Shown piece by piece: positions 1-8,852 of a DNA stretch of 64,000 bases. The stretch comes from a virus. Below the pieces are notes generated by a model that saw only the letters and a list, made by a program, of their open reading frames with translations, did not search any database and was not told where the DNA came from. Within the stretch, counting starts at the first letter, position 1; each line of letters begins with the position of its first letter. The translations under genes were made by a program, and so were the position numbers. Where the stretch lies: the IMG/VR virus record IMGVR_UViG_3300020391_000004, positions 67,615 to 131,614 of that record. One strand, written 5' to 3'.

Positions 1-1
1 A

Positions 2-307
2 CTTAAAGGTATTAATAAAAGTAATTATTTTGGTAATGGACATGTACATTACATTCATCATGGTATAGGCACTATTGTCGTAGCTGGATTGTTTTTACCT
101 GCAGTACCTGCCATATTTTGTGCGATTGTAGATTATTTGATACATTGGCATATAGACTTTACTAAACATAAAGTAAATAAAATTTTAAAGATTGAAAGTA
201 GAACTAGAGCTTGGTGGTGGACTAATGTTATGGATCAAATATTACACTTCACTACATATTATTATATTGTAATATACTTTAGTGCAATGTCTTTTTGGTT
301 GTCGTAG
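2..307 (+). CDS. DUF3307-like membrane protein (5' end outside window)
   Basis: Frame is open from base 2; HWHIDFTK and DQILH motifs match the HxxxDxxK / DQxxH pattern of DUF3307. Confidence 0.6.
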   Translation, partial: LKGINKSNYFGNGHVHYIHHGIGTIVVAGLFLPAVPAIFCAIVDYLIHWHIDFTKHKVNKILKIESRTRAWWWTNVMDQILHFTTYYYIVIYFSAMSFWLS

Positions 308-527
308 TAATTTCAAAGCCAGGATATTCTTCATCTAAGGTATCAATTACATGACCTAACATATTTTGAATTTCTTCATCTGTCATCATTTTTTTATATA
401 AAACTATTGAATGTTTTAATAACATTGTTGCCATATACAAAGGATCATCAGAATCTTTTATTTGCGAATCAATATGTTTCACTAGACCTTCTTGTATCTG
501 TGACATCCTTTTAAGATTACTTTTCAT
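279..527 (-). CDS. hypothetical protein
   Basis: 82-aa ORF overlapping the stop of the upstream gene in an operon-like arrangement. Confidence 0.55.
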   Translation of the reverse strand: MKSNLKRMSQIQEGLVKHIDSQIKDSDDPLYMATMLLKHSIVLYKKMMTDEEIQNMLGHVIDTLDEEYPGFEITTTTKKTLH

Positions 528-1089
528 TTTGTTTCCTTAGTATGTTCATATGCACTACAACCAATTGTGCATAAGCTACTGCGTGTGCTTTCTTAAAACT
601 ATAACTATCTAATCCTGCTTTATCCCAAATAGTTTCTGCAACTTCACGCCATGTTTTTCCTATTAAGTGTCTTTTTGCAGGACGTATGACTGCTAAAAAC
701 ATCGCCATCCTTGGTATACTTGTTATATCTTCTGGCATTCTTGCCATAGTTTCAAAGTGTTTACCAACATGAATTAGTTGTTCAAAAAAATCTCTATCAT
801 GTAGCGTTGTCCAATCGGGCTCAGCCATCATTTCTATCAGATGTATTTCATTTTTTATGTGTTGATACACACCTACATTAAGTAAGTCTAGTTTAAAATA
901 TCCTAGTTGTTCTGCAGTCTTATGATCAATTGTTGCAAGTCCATCGTGTGCTATAGGAACTTTATTGAAGTAAACACCAGTATTATGTTTGTTCCCATTT
1001 TCTAGTCTAGCACCTACACCTTTAATATGTCTTAGTAAATGTGTTCTATCAGCAAAGTCTATATCTACGTCCGGCATACTAAATGTCAT
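517..1089 (-). CDS. dnaE: minimal DNA polymerase III alpha (C-family) catalytic-core-like protein
   Basis: PDVDIDF, KHNTGVYF, GYFKLDLL and YSFKKAHAVAYA motifs of DnaE in only 190 aa. Confidence 0.8.
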   Translation of the reverse strand: MTFSMPDVDIDFADRTHLLRHIKGVGARLENGNKHNTGVYFNKVPIAHDGLATIDHKTAEQLGYFKLDLLNVGVYQHIKNEIHLIEMMAEPDWTTLHDRDFFEQLIHVGKHFETMARMPEDITSIPRMAMFLAVIRPAKRHLIGKTWREVAETIWDKAGLDSYSFKKAHAVAYAQLVVVHMNILRKQNEK

Positions 1090-1924
1090 AGCGTTTTCCC
1101 GCCCATGCTTGTGTAGGTTTGTAGTCTGCTATGTTTGTTGGGTAATACTGCCAATTTTCTATCTCATATCCTAAATATTTTTCAATTAAATTGTCTAAGT
1201 ATCCTTGCTGATACACACAAAAATTACTAATGTTAAGAGGTATATTATTAATATAACATATAAATGCATACTGTACAAGTTCTTTTGATTGCAATATTTT
1301 CTTTTTATTTTTTATAAAGTCTTCCCACTTTTTGTCTAAGCCAACACTGTATTCATATCCTAGATTCTTTAAACACAATTTACATTCTAGTAAGAATTTT
1401 TCTTTATTGTAAAACCATCCAAATTTAAAAATTCTTTGTATATCTTTATTTTTTGCATGTTCATTATGTTTCATTAAAAGACCGTTATTTGGTCTGTGCA
1501 TAAGTTTAAAAAATTCACGCATACCAGTCAGACCATCATTTTGAAAAACTTCTGCTTGTTTAAATATATTGCCAAGTGGTTTACTATCACTACTTTCCCC
1601 TTTGAAGCTAATTTTATCTTTGAAGTCCCATAAATTTTTAAAACTATTAATTTTTAACAAATCTAAACCAAACTCGCCACCAGCATAAAATAAGTGCCAC
1701 ATCAAAATATGTAGATCGTCTACATTAGCTTCAATATTACACCATATATCATTTTCTTCGCAACTATGAACATGATCTACAATTTTGTTGAAATTTCCAT
1801 TAGCATGAGCACCTTTTTTATCCGCATAAAAATTAAAGTCTTGTTGTACTCCAGATGCTACACTAAGACTTCTAGACAAAAAATTTCCATGTGACCCAGC
1901 TGGAAATAACAACTTAGGTAACAT
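1079..1924 (-). CDS. hypothetical protein (FPAGSHGNFL N-terminal motif)
   Basis: Long ORF, probable start MLPKLLFP at 1924; N-terminal motif resembles that of 4226..4864. Confidence 0.6.
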   Translation of the reverse strand: MLPKLLFPAGSHGNFLSRSLSVASGVQQDFNFYADKKGAHANGNFNKIVDHVHSCEENDIWCNIEANVDDLHILMWHLFYAGGEFGLDLLKINSFKNLWDFKDKISFKGESSDSKPLGNIFKQAEVFQNDGLTGMREFFKLMHRPNNGLLMKHNEHAKNKDIQRIFKFGWFYNKEKFLLECKLCLKNLGYEYSVGLDKKWEDFIKNKKKILQSKELVQYAFICYINNIPLNISNFCVYQQGYLDNLIEKYLGYEIENWQYYPTNIADYKPTQAWAGKRYDI

Positions 1925-2603
1925 TACTAATTGCCTCCCGTAATTTATTCTTAGGCACATTAATATGGCGTTTATCGCAAACTTTTTCTATAACACACGT
2001 GTCACATTTAGGATTTCTACTTTTACAAATCCTTTTTGCATGTGTAATTAGTTGCATATGAGCCGCATACTTATATCTATCAGGAGTAGAATTATTTACA
2101 AGCACTGCACTTTTGCCTTCGTCTAAAGTGTCAGTCCAACCTAGTCTCCATAATAATCTGAACACATGAGTATCAACTGCAATGTGAGGCTGATTAAAAA
2201 CAAAACGCATTACAATATCACTACTTTTTCTGCCTACGCCAGGAAGTTTCATTAGTTCTTTTTGTGTTTGAGGCACAACGCCATTGTATTGTTCAATTAA
2301 TATTTTACTAGTCGCTAATATATTTTTTGACTTTGCGTTATATAAACCTGCAGGCTTTATTGCTTCTATAATATCTTCCTGTGTCAATTTAATCATATCC
2401 CAAGCATTATCTGCTAAAGAAAATAGTTGTCTACACGCTACTGCAGTTCTTGCATCTTGACTTTGTGCTGATAACATTACACCAATAAGACTAGTGTATG
2501 CATGTTTATGTATTTTAGCATCTGGTTTTTTATTCCTATACTTAGGCCAATAACTACTTAATTGTTCATATATGAAATCAATTTGTTCTTTATTTTTCAT
2601 CAT
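1914..2603 (-). CDS. nth: endonuclease III
   Basis: HhH LPGVGRKS, AVDTHV, and C-x6-C-x2-C-x5-C 4Fe-4S motif. Confidence 0.95.
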   Translation of the reverse strand: MMKNKEQIDFIYEQLSSYWPKYRNKKPDAKIHKHAYTSLIGVMLSAQSQDARTAVACRQLFSLADNAWDMIKLTQEDIIEAIKPAGLYNAKSKNILATSKILIEQYNGVVPQTQKELMKLPGVGRKSSDIVMRFVFNQPHIAVDTHVFRLLWRLGWTDTLDEGKSAVLVNNSTPDRYKYAAHMQLITHAKRICKSRNPKCDTCVIEKVCDKRHINVPKNKLREAISNVT

Positions 2604-2610
2604 AGTCCCG

Positions 2611-3498
2611 TCATTTAACTTTCCCTAAAATTTGTAAATCATTTATTGCTAGTTTGTCTACATTTTGAGGCGATACTGCTAGTACCATACCATAGCCACC
2701 ATTAAAAATAGTTAAAAATTCTCGCATATTCATTTTATCTTGGCACTTAAAATATAAGTCAGACCACCATCCCTCTCTTTTAAAATTAAGTCCATTGTCC
2801 AAAGTTACTTCTAAAGTGTGTTCTCTACCTTTTAACATTCTTGGAATATTCTCAATAAGACCACCACCAGTAATATGTGATACACCGTTAATGAACTGGT
2901 GGTTATTTAATATTTCATTTGTGTAAATTCTTGTGGGCGTAAGTGGTATTTCATTGAGTGGTAATATTTTTCTTAACATACTGAACCCATTTGAATGTGG
3001 GCCACTTGAGGGGATACCGACAAGAATATCACCTTCTTGTACAATTCTAGGAAAATGTCTATCCACTACAGTACCTACCACGAACCCAGCAAGATCAAAC
3101 TTTGATCCTTCATAAACTCCAGGCATCTCGGCAGTTTCACCACCCATAAGAGTACAACCAGCAAGTTCACAACCTTTTAATATTCCATTAAGTATTTCTT
3201 TTGATTTATCTAGACATATTTCTCCTGTTGCATAATAATCAAGAAATCCTATAGGTTGTGCAAATTTACATAGGATATCGTTTACACACATTGCTACAAG
3301 ATCAATACCTATAGTATCAAACTTATCATGACCTTCTGCTACTAAAATCTTTGTACCAACTCCGTCTGTGGATATTACAACTTCCTCTCCACCAATCATT
3401 ATAGAAGCACCGAAATCTTTGAATCCAAGATATTTTGCTATCTTATTTCCTTTTTCAATATTCACTCCAGCATCAGAATATGCGTTCGTTTTCATCAT
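2611..3498 (-). CDS. purM: phosphoribosylformylglycinamidine cyclo-ligase (AIR synthetase)
   Basis: STDGVGTK, GIDLVAMCVND, GGETAEMPG, HSNGFS and HITGGG motifs; start MMKTNAY overlaps the upstream stop. Confidence 0.93.
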   Translation of the reverse strand: MMKTNAYSDAGVNIEKGNKIAKYLGFKDFGASIMIGGEEVVISTDGVGTKILVAEGHDKFDTIGIDLVAMCVNDILCKFAQPIGFLDYYATGEICLDKSKEILNGILKGCELAGCTLMGGETAEMPGVYEGSKFDLAGFVVGTVVDRHFPRIVQEGDILVGIPSSGPHSNGFSMLRKILPLNEIPLTPTRIYTNEILNNHQFINGVSHITGGGLIENIPRMLKGREHTLEVTLDNGLNFKREGWWSDLYFKCQDKMNMREFLTIFNGGYGMVLAVSPQNVDKLAINDLQILGKVK

Positions 3499-4229
3499 AG
3501 CCCTGCTTCTTTTAAAATGTGTTTTACCCATTCAGTATCTGCAAAGTAATCTACAAATTTACGTTTCCAAAAATCTGGATCAATATATGGAAATACCATT
3601 TCTATTTGTTCAGTACTTAGTTTGTTCAATGCATCTTGTCCGCTAGTACAATTATAAATTATCCAACTACTAATACGACCTGTAGTGATATCTTTAACAA
3701 GAACATTGCTACTAACATAATAAAAATAATGATTAAATATACTTTCCTTTTGTTCCGCCCATGCTTCCATAGTTTTTATACTGCGTTCTAATGCATCTTG
3801 TGTTGCTTCTGTACGTAAATGTTCAAACAAGTATTCTTGATATACAATATCTTTTGTCCAATAGTCTAGTTTCTTATTTTTTGCTATAACCCAGTCAATA
3901 AATTTTTGTGTATTGATAGCACGAATGTTTACCATATGTCTGCCAAACTTTACAAATGCATTGTAGTATGGACTTGTACTAAAGTCAGTATATGTTTTAA
4001 ACTTAGCACTGCCTTGTGTAAGTTCATAAAATCGGAGATAAGCAGTCATGCCTAATTTGACCCCGGGCTCATGTTCTTGCTGAGCACGACGCTTAGGTTC
4101 GCAAAGGTGGGCAGCAAGTGTAGACTCCTTGCGAAACTCCTTGCCACAGTATTGGCATTTGTAATCTTTTGTTTCCATTTTACGATTTATTATAGCATCT
4201 TTTATTATTTCTGTAAACTGTTGATTCAT
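3495..4229 (-). CDS. conserved phage protein with N-terminal C2H2-like zinc finger
   Basis: CQYCGKEF...AAHLC motif; 244-aa ORF in operon. Confidence 0.6.
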   Translation of the reverse strand: MNQQFTEIIKDAIINRKMETKDYKCQYCGKEFRKESTLAAHLCEPKRRAQQEHEPGVKLGMTAYLRFYELTQGSAKFKTYTDFSTSPYYNAFVKFGRHMVNIRAINTQKFIDWVIAKNKKLDYWTKDIVYQEYLFEHLRTEATQDALERSIKTMEAWAEQKESIFNHYFYYVSSNVLVKDITTGRISSWIIYNCTSGQDALNKLSTEQIEMVFPYIDPDFWKRKFVDYFADTEWVKHILKEAGL

Positions 4230-4864
4230 CTTATTTCATTTATCCACAGCTCGTAATATTTTTTAATCCATTCGGATACACTATCAAAGTCAGTGTATCC
4301 TAAACAATTGTAAAATGATCTTAGCCCGTTAACGGTAGTTGATATATCTTCATACCAATTTGTATTCCAAACTAAGTCTGTTTGGCTCCACCATTTTTCT
4401 TCTTTATGCATACTGTGACTAAATCTTTTACTTAAAAAAGTTTCACAATTTACAAAAATAATTTCTTTCGCATTAGGAAATACTTTTAAATTGGAATATC
4501 TAGTATGTTCATCATGACACACATAAAAGAAGTCATAATTTATTTGTTTTGTTAATTGTATAGCAGTATCATTAAATGGCAACCCTACTTCTAACTCGCC
4601 TAATATTGCTCCATGTTCAAGTGTGCCACTTAATTTTAGATCACCAAATAATTCATTACATCCTAATCCTAAATCATTCCAAGGGCCACTATGTCCTTTT
4701 ATTTTGTTAATAAGGAATGTCTTTTTTTGTTCCTGTGTATAATGGATTAAGTCCTGATGTTGTAAAACTGCATGATTACTAACTCCTAAACAATTAATAA
4801 GAAACTTACCTCCAGCACCTGGCGGATAACATACAAAAATAATTTTGTTAGTTTCGTAATTCAA
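4226..4864 (-). CDS. hypothetical protein (YPPGAGGKFL motif, P-loop/sulfotransferase-like N-terminus)
   Basis: 212-aa ORF; glycine-rich N-terminal loop. Confidence 0.5.
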   Translation of the reverse strand: MNYETNKIIFVCYPPGAGGKFLINCLGVSNHAVLQHQDLIHYTQEQKKTFLINKIKGHSGPWNDLGLGCNELFGDLKLSGTLEHGAILGELEVGLPFNDTAIQLTKQINYDFFYVCHDEHTRYSNLKVFPNAKEIIFVNCETFLSKRFSHSMHKEEKWWSQTDLVWNTNWYEDISTTVNGLRSFYNCLGYTDFDSVSEWIKKYYELWINEIR

Positions 4865-5915
4865 AGTAATCCTCTTGTTTTGTATTCCTGCGTAAGTCTA
4901 ATGTTATACAATGTAATCCACCATCCCAGAAGTATCTATGACGCCATTGAATGTAAACTGGTTCTATATTATGTTTACGTAAAAACTTATTTACTTGCAT
5001 GTTGTTATTTTGACTGACGCAACAATGATTGCTATCCAACATTAGCACATTTACATCAAAGACAGTTTCCTCTACATAACCTACCCAGTCAGTTAGCCAG
5101 GTCTCTACAAATTCTGTAAAAGCATTGTTTTCTTCTTCACCAGGTAACCACCATTTACCATCATTCTTATGTTTCAATTGCAAAAAAGGACTCAATTTAT
5201 TCCAACTTTGTTCAGGTAAATAACAAACCTCCCAGTCTGGAAAACTATCTTTATATTTTTGTACACCTTCTAAACTTATTATCGCTCCGGGTTTGACTGT
5301 ATGAAATGAAGCATCATTGTGTCCACCTATGTCTAAAAAATAATTTCTAAACTTGTAATTAGTTGCACGATCTATACAATCACTTGCATACTGCCATTTA
5401 TCTTTTTCGAGGTTAAAAATATCTACATAAATGTCTTTACCTACTACAGTAATATTTGGAGCATCAATAGGAAAGATATCATTATTATTATTTTTAAAAT
5501 ATAATTTATTCAGGTCTACAATATTTTCATTATCGTATTTTTCTAGTGCCTGTATAATACTAAAATGATCTCCATTGCAATAAATTAATTTATCACTTGC
5601 TACAAACTGTCCGTCCCTAGGTTGTAACGGTGCTCTAGGTACACCTTGTTCTCCTTGTATACTGCCATCCTGTTCTAAAAAATCCGTAATCTTATCGCGA
5701 GGATTTACTATTGGTCTAATTACTTCACAACCAAATTGCTTAAGGACAGTTTCAAAATTTTGTAAATCTTCTTGTGTTTCATCAGCTATCTTTTGTAGAT
5801 TAGATTTTACACTACTATTTGGCATACTTGAAAAAAAGTCTGCACTGTAACAATCACCTAGCATGACTGCTTCTAATTTATCCCATTTATTATAATTAAG
5901 ATACTTACTCACCAT
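4848..5915 (-). CDS. amidinotransferase (pentein) family protein
   Basis: PRD motif, GGHND and C-terminal GGLHCIT (catalytic Cys). Confidence 0.85.
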   Translation of the reverse strand: MVSKYLNYNKWDKLEAVMLGDCYSADFFSSMPNSSVKSNLQKIADETQEDLQNFETVLKQFGCEVIRPIVNPRDKITDFLEQDGSIQGEQGVPRAPLQPRDGQFVASDKLIYCNGDHFSIIQALEKYDNENIVDLNKLYFKNNNNDIFPIDAPNITVVGKDIYVDIFNLEKDKWQYASDCIDRATNYKFRNYFLDIGGHNDASFHTVKPGAIISLEGVQKYKDSFPDWEVCYLPEQSWNKLSPFLQLKHKNDGKWWLPGEEENNAFTEFVETWLTDWVGYVEETVFDVNVLMLDSNHCCVSQNNNMQVNKFLRKHNIEPVYIQWRHRYFWDGGLHCITLDLRRNTKQEDYFELRN

Positions 5916-6345
5916 ACAACTTTGCTATCTCTTTTAAATCTTTGTCTGTATACATTTCTGCCAACATATCTATTTCATCGCTTTTAACACGAGGATGTAA
6001 ACGTTCTACTTCTTTACGTCTTTTACTACTATTATTTTTATCTTTCTTTTTGTGTCCTACCCATTGATGAAACTGTGTACCCATGCCTGGACTAACTGTG
6101 CATAACAACTGCCATACTAGTTTAGGATGTTTTGCTAGTTCAAAGTATGTACAATTTACACGTTGGTTACCTGCCATAAGATAATATGTTTGTAATTCAT
6201 TCGTGCCTTTTACTAAACTTACATATCGATTTAGTAAGAAAGGTGATAATTGCTTTTGATGCTCAGGCGTAAGCCGATCATAAAAAGTATAATCTTTTTT
6301 ATCTATAGCCGATAGTACTGTATTAAGTTGTAGTTTATTAGACAT
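5905..6345 (-). CDS. putative clamp loader small subunit (T4 gp62-like)
   Basis: AIDKKD...SPFLLNRYVS...HPKLVWQLL pattern and size; replication gene context. Confidence 0.6.
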   Translation of the reverse strand: MSNKLQLNTVLSAIDKKDYTFYDRLTPEHQKQLSPFLLNRYVSLVKGTNELQTYYLMAGNQRVNCTYFELAKHPKLVWQLLCTVSPGMGTQFHQWVGHKKKDKNNSSKRRKEVERLHPRVKSDEIDMLAEMYTDKDLKEIAKLYGE

Positions 6346-7000
6346 TTATATGTTCCATTAAAAAGTCTGCGTACACAGAATGTCCTTGTGTATCGGCATG
6401 CCCATGCCAACCGAAATGTTCGTAATCCCATGGTTTTAAATTAGCATCTTTTATTATACTATGCAAACTGTTTTTATAAAAGTTTAATATTTTAGGTCTT
6501 GCATTTATCTGTTCCGCAACACCTTTGCCAAATTCAAAGTTAGAATCATAATGATAATCATTTCCAAGATTATGTAATAAAAAATTTATATTATTAGATT
6601 CTAAATAATCGTGTAATAGTATAATATTAAATAGTGCTTTGGTTTCACAATACTGCCATTCTGTTAGGTCCGCATAACGTAGTAAGTCTTCACCTTGTAA
6701 TGGTATAACACAATGCTCTTCAGAAAAGGATTTATAAGGAAACTTAACAAAGTCACCTGGGTCATCTGTGTGTACTTCTAATACTTGGCTAGATCCAAAT
6801 CCAATAAGCATAAATGCATCTTTGTTTATAAAACTGTAACGCATTGCACTTCTAATAATTTTTTCTACGCCCTTGCCATTATGTCCGTAGTGATCTAATT
6901 CTAATCCTAATTTTTCTGCAACATAATGTCCTGTATTTTTATTTTGCCCTGTTGGAAGTAAATGACTGAAACTACTACCATCGTAATATAACTTATCCAT
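6338..7000 (-). CDS. SGNH/GDSL-hydrolase-like protein
   Basis: N-terminal GSSF and C-terminal HADTQGH. Confidence 0.5.
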   Translation of the reverse strand: MDKLYYDGSSFSHLLPTGQNKNTGHYVAEKLGLELDHYGHNGKGVEKIIRSAMRYSFINKDAFMLIGFGSSQVLEVHTDDPGDFVKFPYKSFSEEHCVIPLQGEDLLRYADLTEWQYCETKALFNIILLHDYLESNNINFLLHNLGNDYHYDSNFEFGKGVAEQINARPKILNFYKNSLHSIIKDANLKPWDYEHFGWHGHADTQGHSVYADFLMEHINV

Positions 7001-7265
7001 ACCAATAACCTCCTGTTTCTAATACATCACTAAATGCTAACATAAACATACGTGCATCGTCAAGTTTTGCAAACTTTATAATTACATGTGAACCTTCTTT
7101 TTGATAATCATATTTTAAACCACTACGGATTTTTAAATAATTGTTTACTCTATCTATAAGATCTGCAATAAGTGTTCCGCTATTCACTCTTAAATAAAAA
7201 TCAAGTTCTACAGTAAATTCAAAAGCACGATAATCAATTTGATATATTTTACCAGGCTCTATCAA
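6993..7265 (-). CDS. hypothetical protein
   Basis: Probable TTG start at 7265 overlapping the end of the upstream gene; the longer ORF call overlaps 7249..7752. Confidence 0.45.
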   Translation of the reverse strand: MIEPGKIYQIDYRAFEFTVELDFYLRVNSGTLIADLIDRVNNYLKIRSGLKYDYQKEGSHVIIKFAKLDDARMFMLAFSDVLETGGYWYG

Positions 7266-7752
7266 TGCTAACGATTTCGTTTTGCTTGTTGATTTCTTTG
7301 GCGCAGTAAACGCATTTTGGGTTCTCAACACCAGTTTCAATGGGTATTGCAAGTATCTGTCCTTGTTTAAGTTTGGGAAAGAACCATTTAACATCACTAT
7401 AAATATCCACTATATTTACAGGTAAGTAATCATGCCTAAAATCTCCAAGTGGATTGAATAAAAACGCATCAAATCCTCTATCGTTTAGACTACTAAACGC
7501 CAACATTTCTAAGTCTCCGCAATGTTTATCACCTATTAGTATTTTCCAATCAACAGGCATACGTATTTTATGTTTGCCTATTTCTAAAACTACTGCCGGA
7601 CTGTTAAAACTTTCTAAAAATATAAGCGGAATAAAAAAGTAATCAGGATCTGCTGGATTGCTATTATCTAAAATAGCAAATCTAAGATCATCAACCTCAT
7701 CAGGTATATCATTCATTTCATATGCAGTATTTTCTAAAGTTAAAATCCGCAT
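7249..7752 (-). CDS. conserved hypothetical phage protein
   Basis: 167-aa ORF coupled to clpP (overlapping stop and start). Confidence 0.65.
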   Translation of the reverse strand: MRILTLENTAYEMNDIPDEVDDLRFAILDNSNPADPDYFFIPLIFLESFNSPAVVLEIGKHKIRMPVDWKILIGDKHCGDLEMLAFSSLNDRGFDAFLFNPLGDFRHDYLPVNIVDIYSDVKWFFPKLKQGQILAIPIETGVENPKCVYCAKEINKQNEIVSIDRAW

Positions 7753-8330
7753 TAATAAACTGCTTTTATCTTATCAGCAATACCATATTTTACTGCCTCT
7801 TTTGCACTCAACCATACATCTTCTGCAGGTAATAAAAGTTCTCTAATTTTCTTTTCCGTCATTCCTGTGCATTTTTTATAGTGTGCAATCATACGTTCTG
7901 TTGATAGTTCAAACTCTCTTACTCGGGCAAAAAGTTCATGCTCCTTACCACTGCTACCCCAACTATATTGGTGAGATAAGATACTTGTATTAGGCGTTAG
8001 TATACGTCTACCTTTTTCACCTGCCATAAATGTAAGTATACCACAACTTGCTATCAGTCCTAGTCCAACAGTTTTAATTGGAATTGCACTACCTTTCATT
8101 GTATCTATTAAAGCAAAGGCTGCATGAACACTACCACCTGGGCTATTAATAATTAGTGTTAGTTCTTTTGGTCGTTGCACAGATGGTAAAAGATTCTTTT
8201 CTATTATCCATTGTACAATAGGCTTAGTAGATTCAAATGTAAATCCATCAGCCATGTAATAAATTCCTGTTTCCCACATCATCATTCCTGGATCGGGAGT
8301 TCCTTGTTTTTTCTCAGCCATTTTCTTCAA
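7752..8330 (-). CDS. clpP: ATP-dependent Clp protease proteolytic subunit
   Basis: INSPGGSV, catalytic Ser in IASCG, His in SHQ, Asp in EDVW, and EAVKYGIAD. Confidence 0.92.
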   Translation of the reverse strand: MKKMAEKKQGTPDPGMMMWETGIYYMADGFTFESTKPIVQWIIEKNLLPSVQRPKELTLIINSPGGSVHAAFALIDTMKGSAIPIKTVGLGLIASCGILTFMAGEKGRRILTPNTSILSHQYSWGSSGKEHELFARVREFELSTERMIAHYKKCTGMTEKKIRELLLPAEDVWLSAKEAVKYGIADKIKAVY

Positions 8331-8703
8331 CCTTATCTTTCTTTTTTAAATTTAAAATATAAACTGCGAGTGCTAGTATCAGTATTGCACCTGCACTACT
8401 CACCAGTACCCACGGCTCGCTTTCTTTTCCTTGAAGTATTAATAATCTACACAATGCAGTAATTGCAATTACAATAGGAAACGTAACTGGTATTACATGT
8501 GTACTATAGTATGCGCCTACCATACCAATTATTTCTACGTATATAAACAACAAAAATAAATCAGCAAGATTAACGGACAATGACAAGTACATATTATAAA
8601 CATCTAAAGATGCTGCGACAATTGTTAAACAACCTATTACACCCAACATAAACTTTTCAGTTATAAGTGTAGTCCAATGTAATTGTTTGGAAAAATCATC
8701 CAT
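8314..8703 (-). CDS. psiE: phosphate-starvation-inducible PsiE family membrane protein
   Basis: 4 TM segments; DLFLLFIYVEII...IAITALCRLLIL. Confidence 0.8.
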   Translation of the reverse strand: MDDFSKQLHWTTLITEKFMLGVIGCLTIVAASLDVYNMYLSLSVNLADLFLLFIYVEIIGMVGAYYSTHVIPVTFPIVIAITALCRLLILQGKESEPWVLVSSAGAILILALAVYILNLKKKDKVEENG

Positions 8704-8843
8704 TATTTCTTACCTTGTCCTCTATACATTTTCCATGATCTTTTTTTATGCTTGTTCATTTTACAAATAGAAGGCTTTCTGCCTATACTTGTCTTTACTT
8801 TTGTTGCTTCATGAACGGCAACCGTTCTATACATTTTTGCCAT
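8703..8843 (-). CDS. 46-aa basic protein ending KMYRGQGKK
   Basis: Translated by hand; AAGGAG RBS; KxYRGQG-type C-terminus typical of small T4-like marine phage proteins. Confidence 0.7.
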   Translation of the reverse strand: MAKMYRTVAVHEATKVKTSIGRKPSICKMNKHKKRSWKMYRGQGKK

Positions 8844-8852
8844 ATTTACTCC

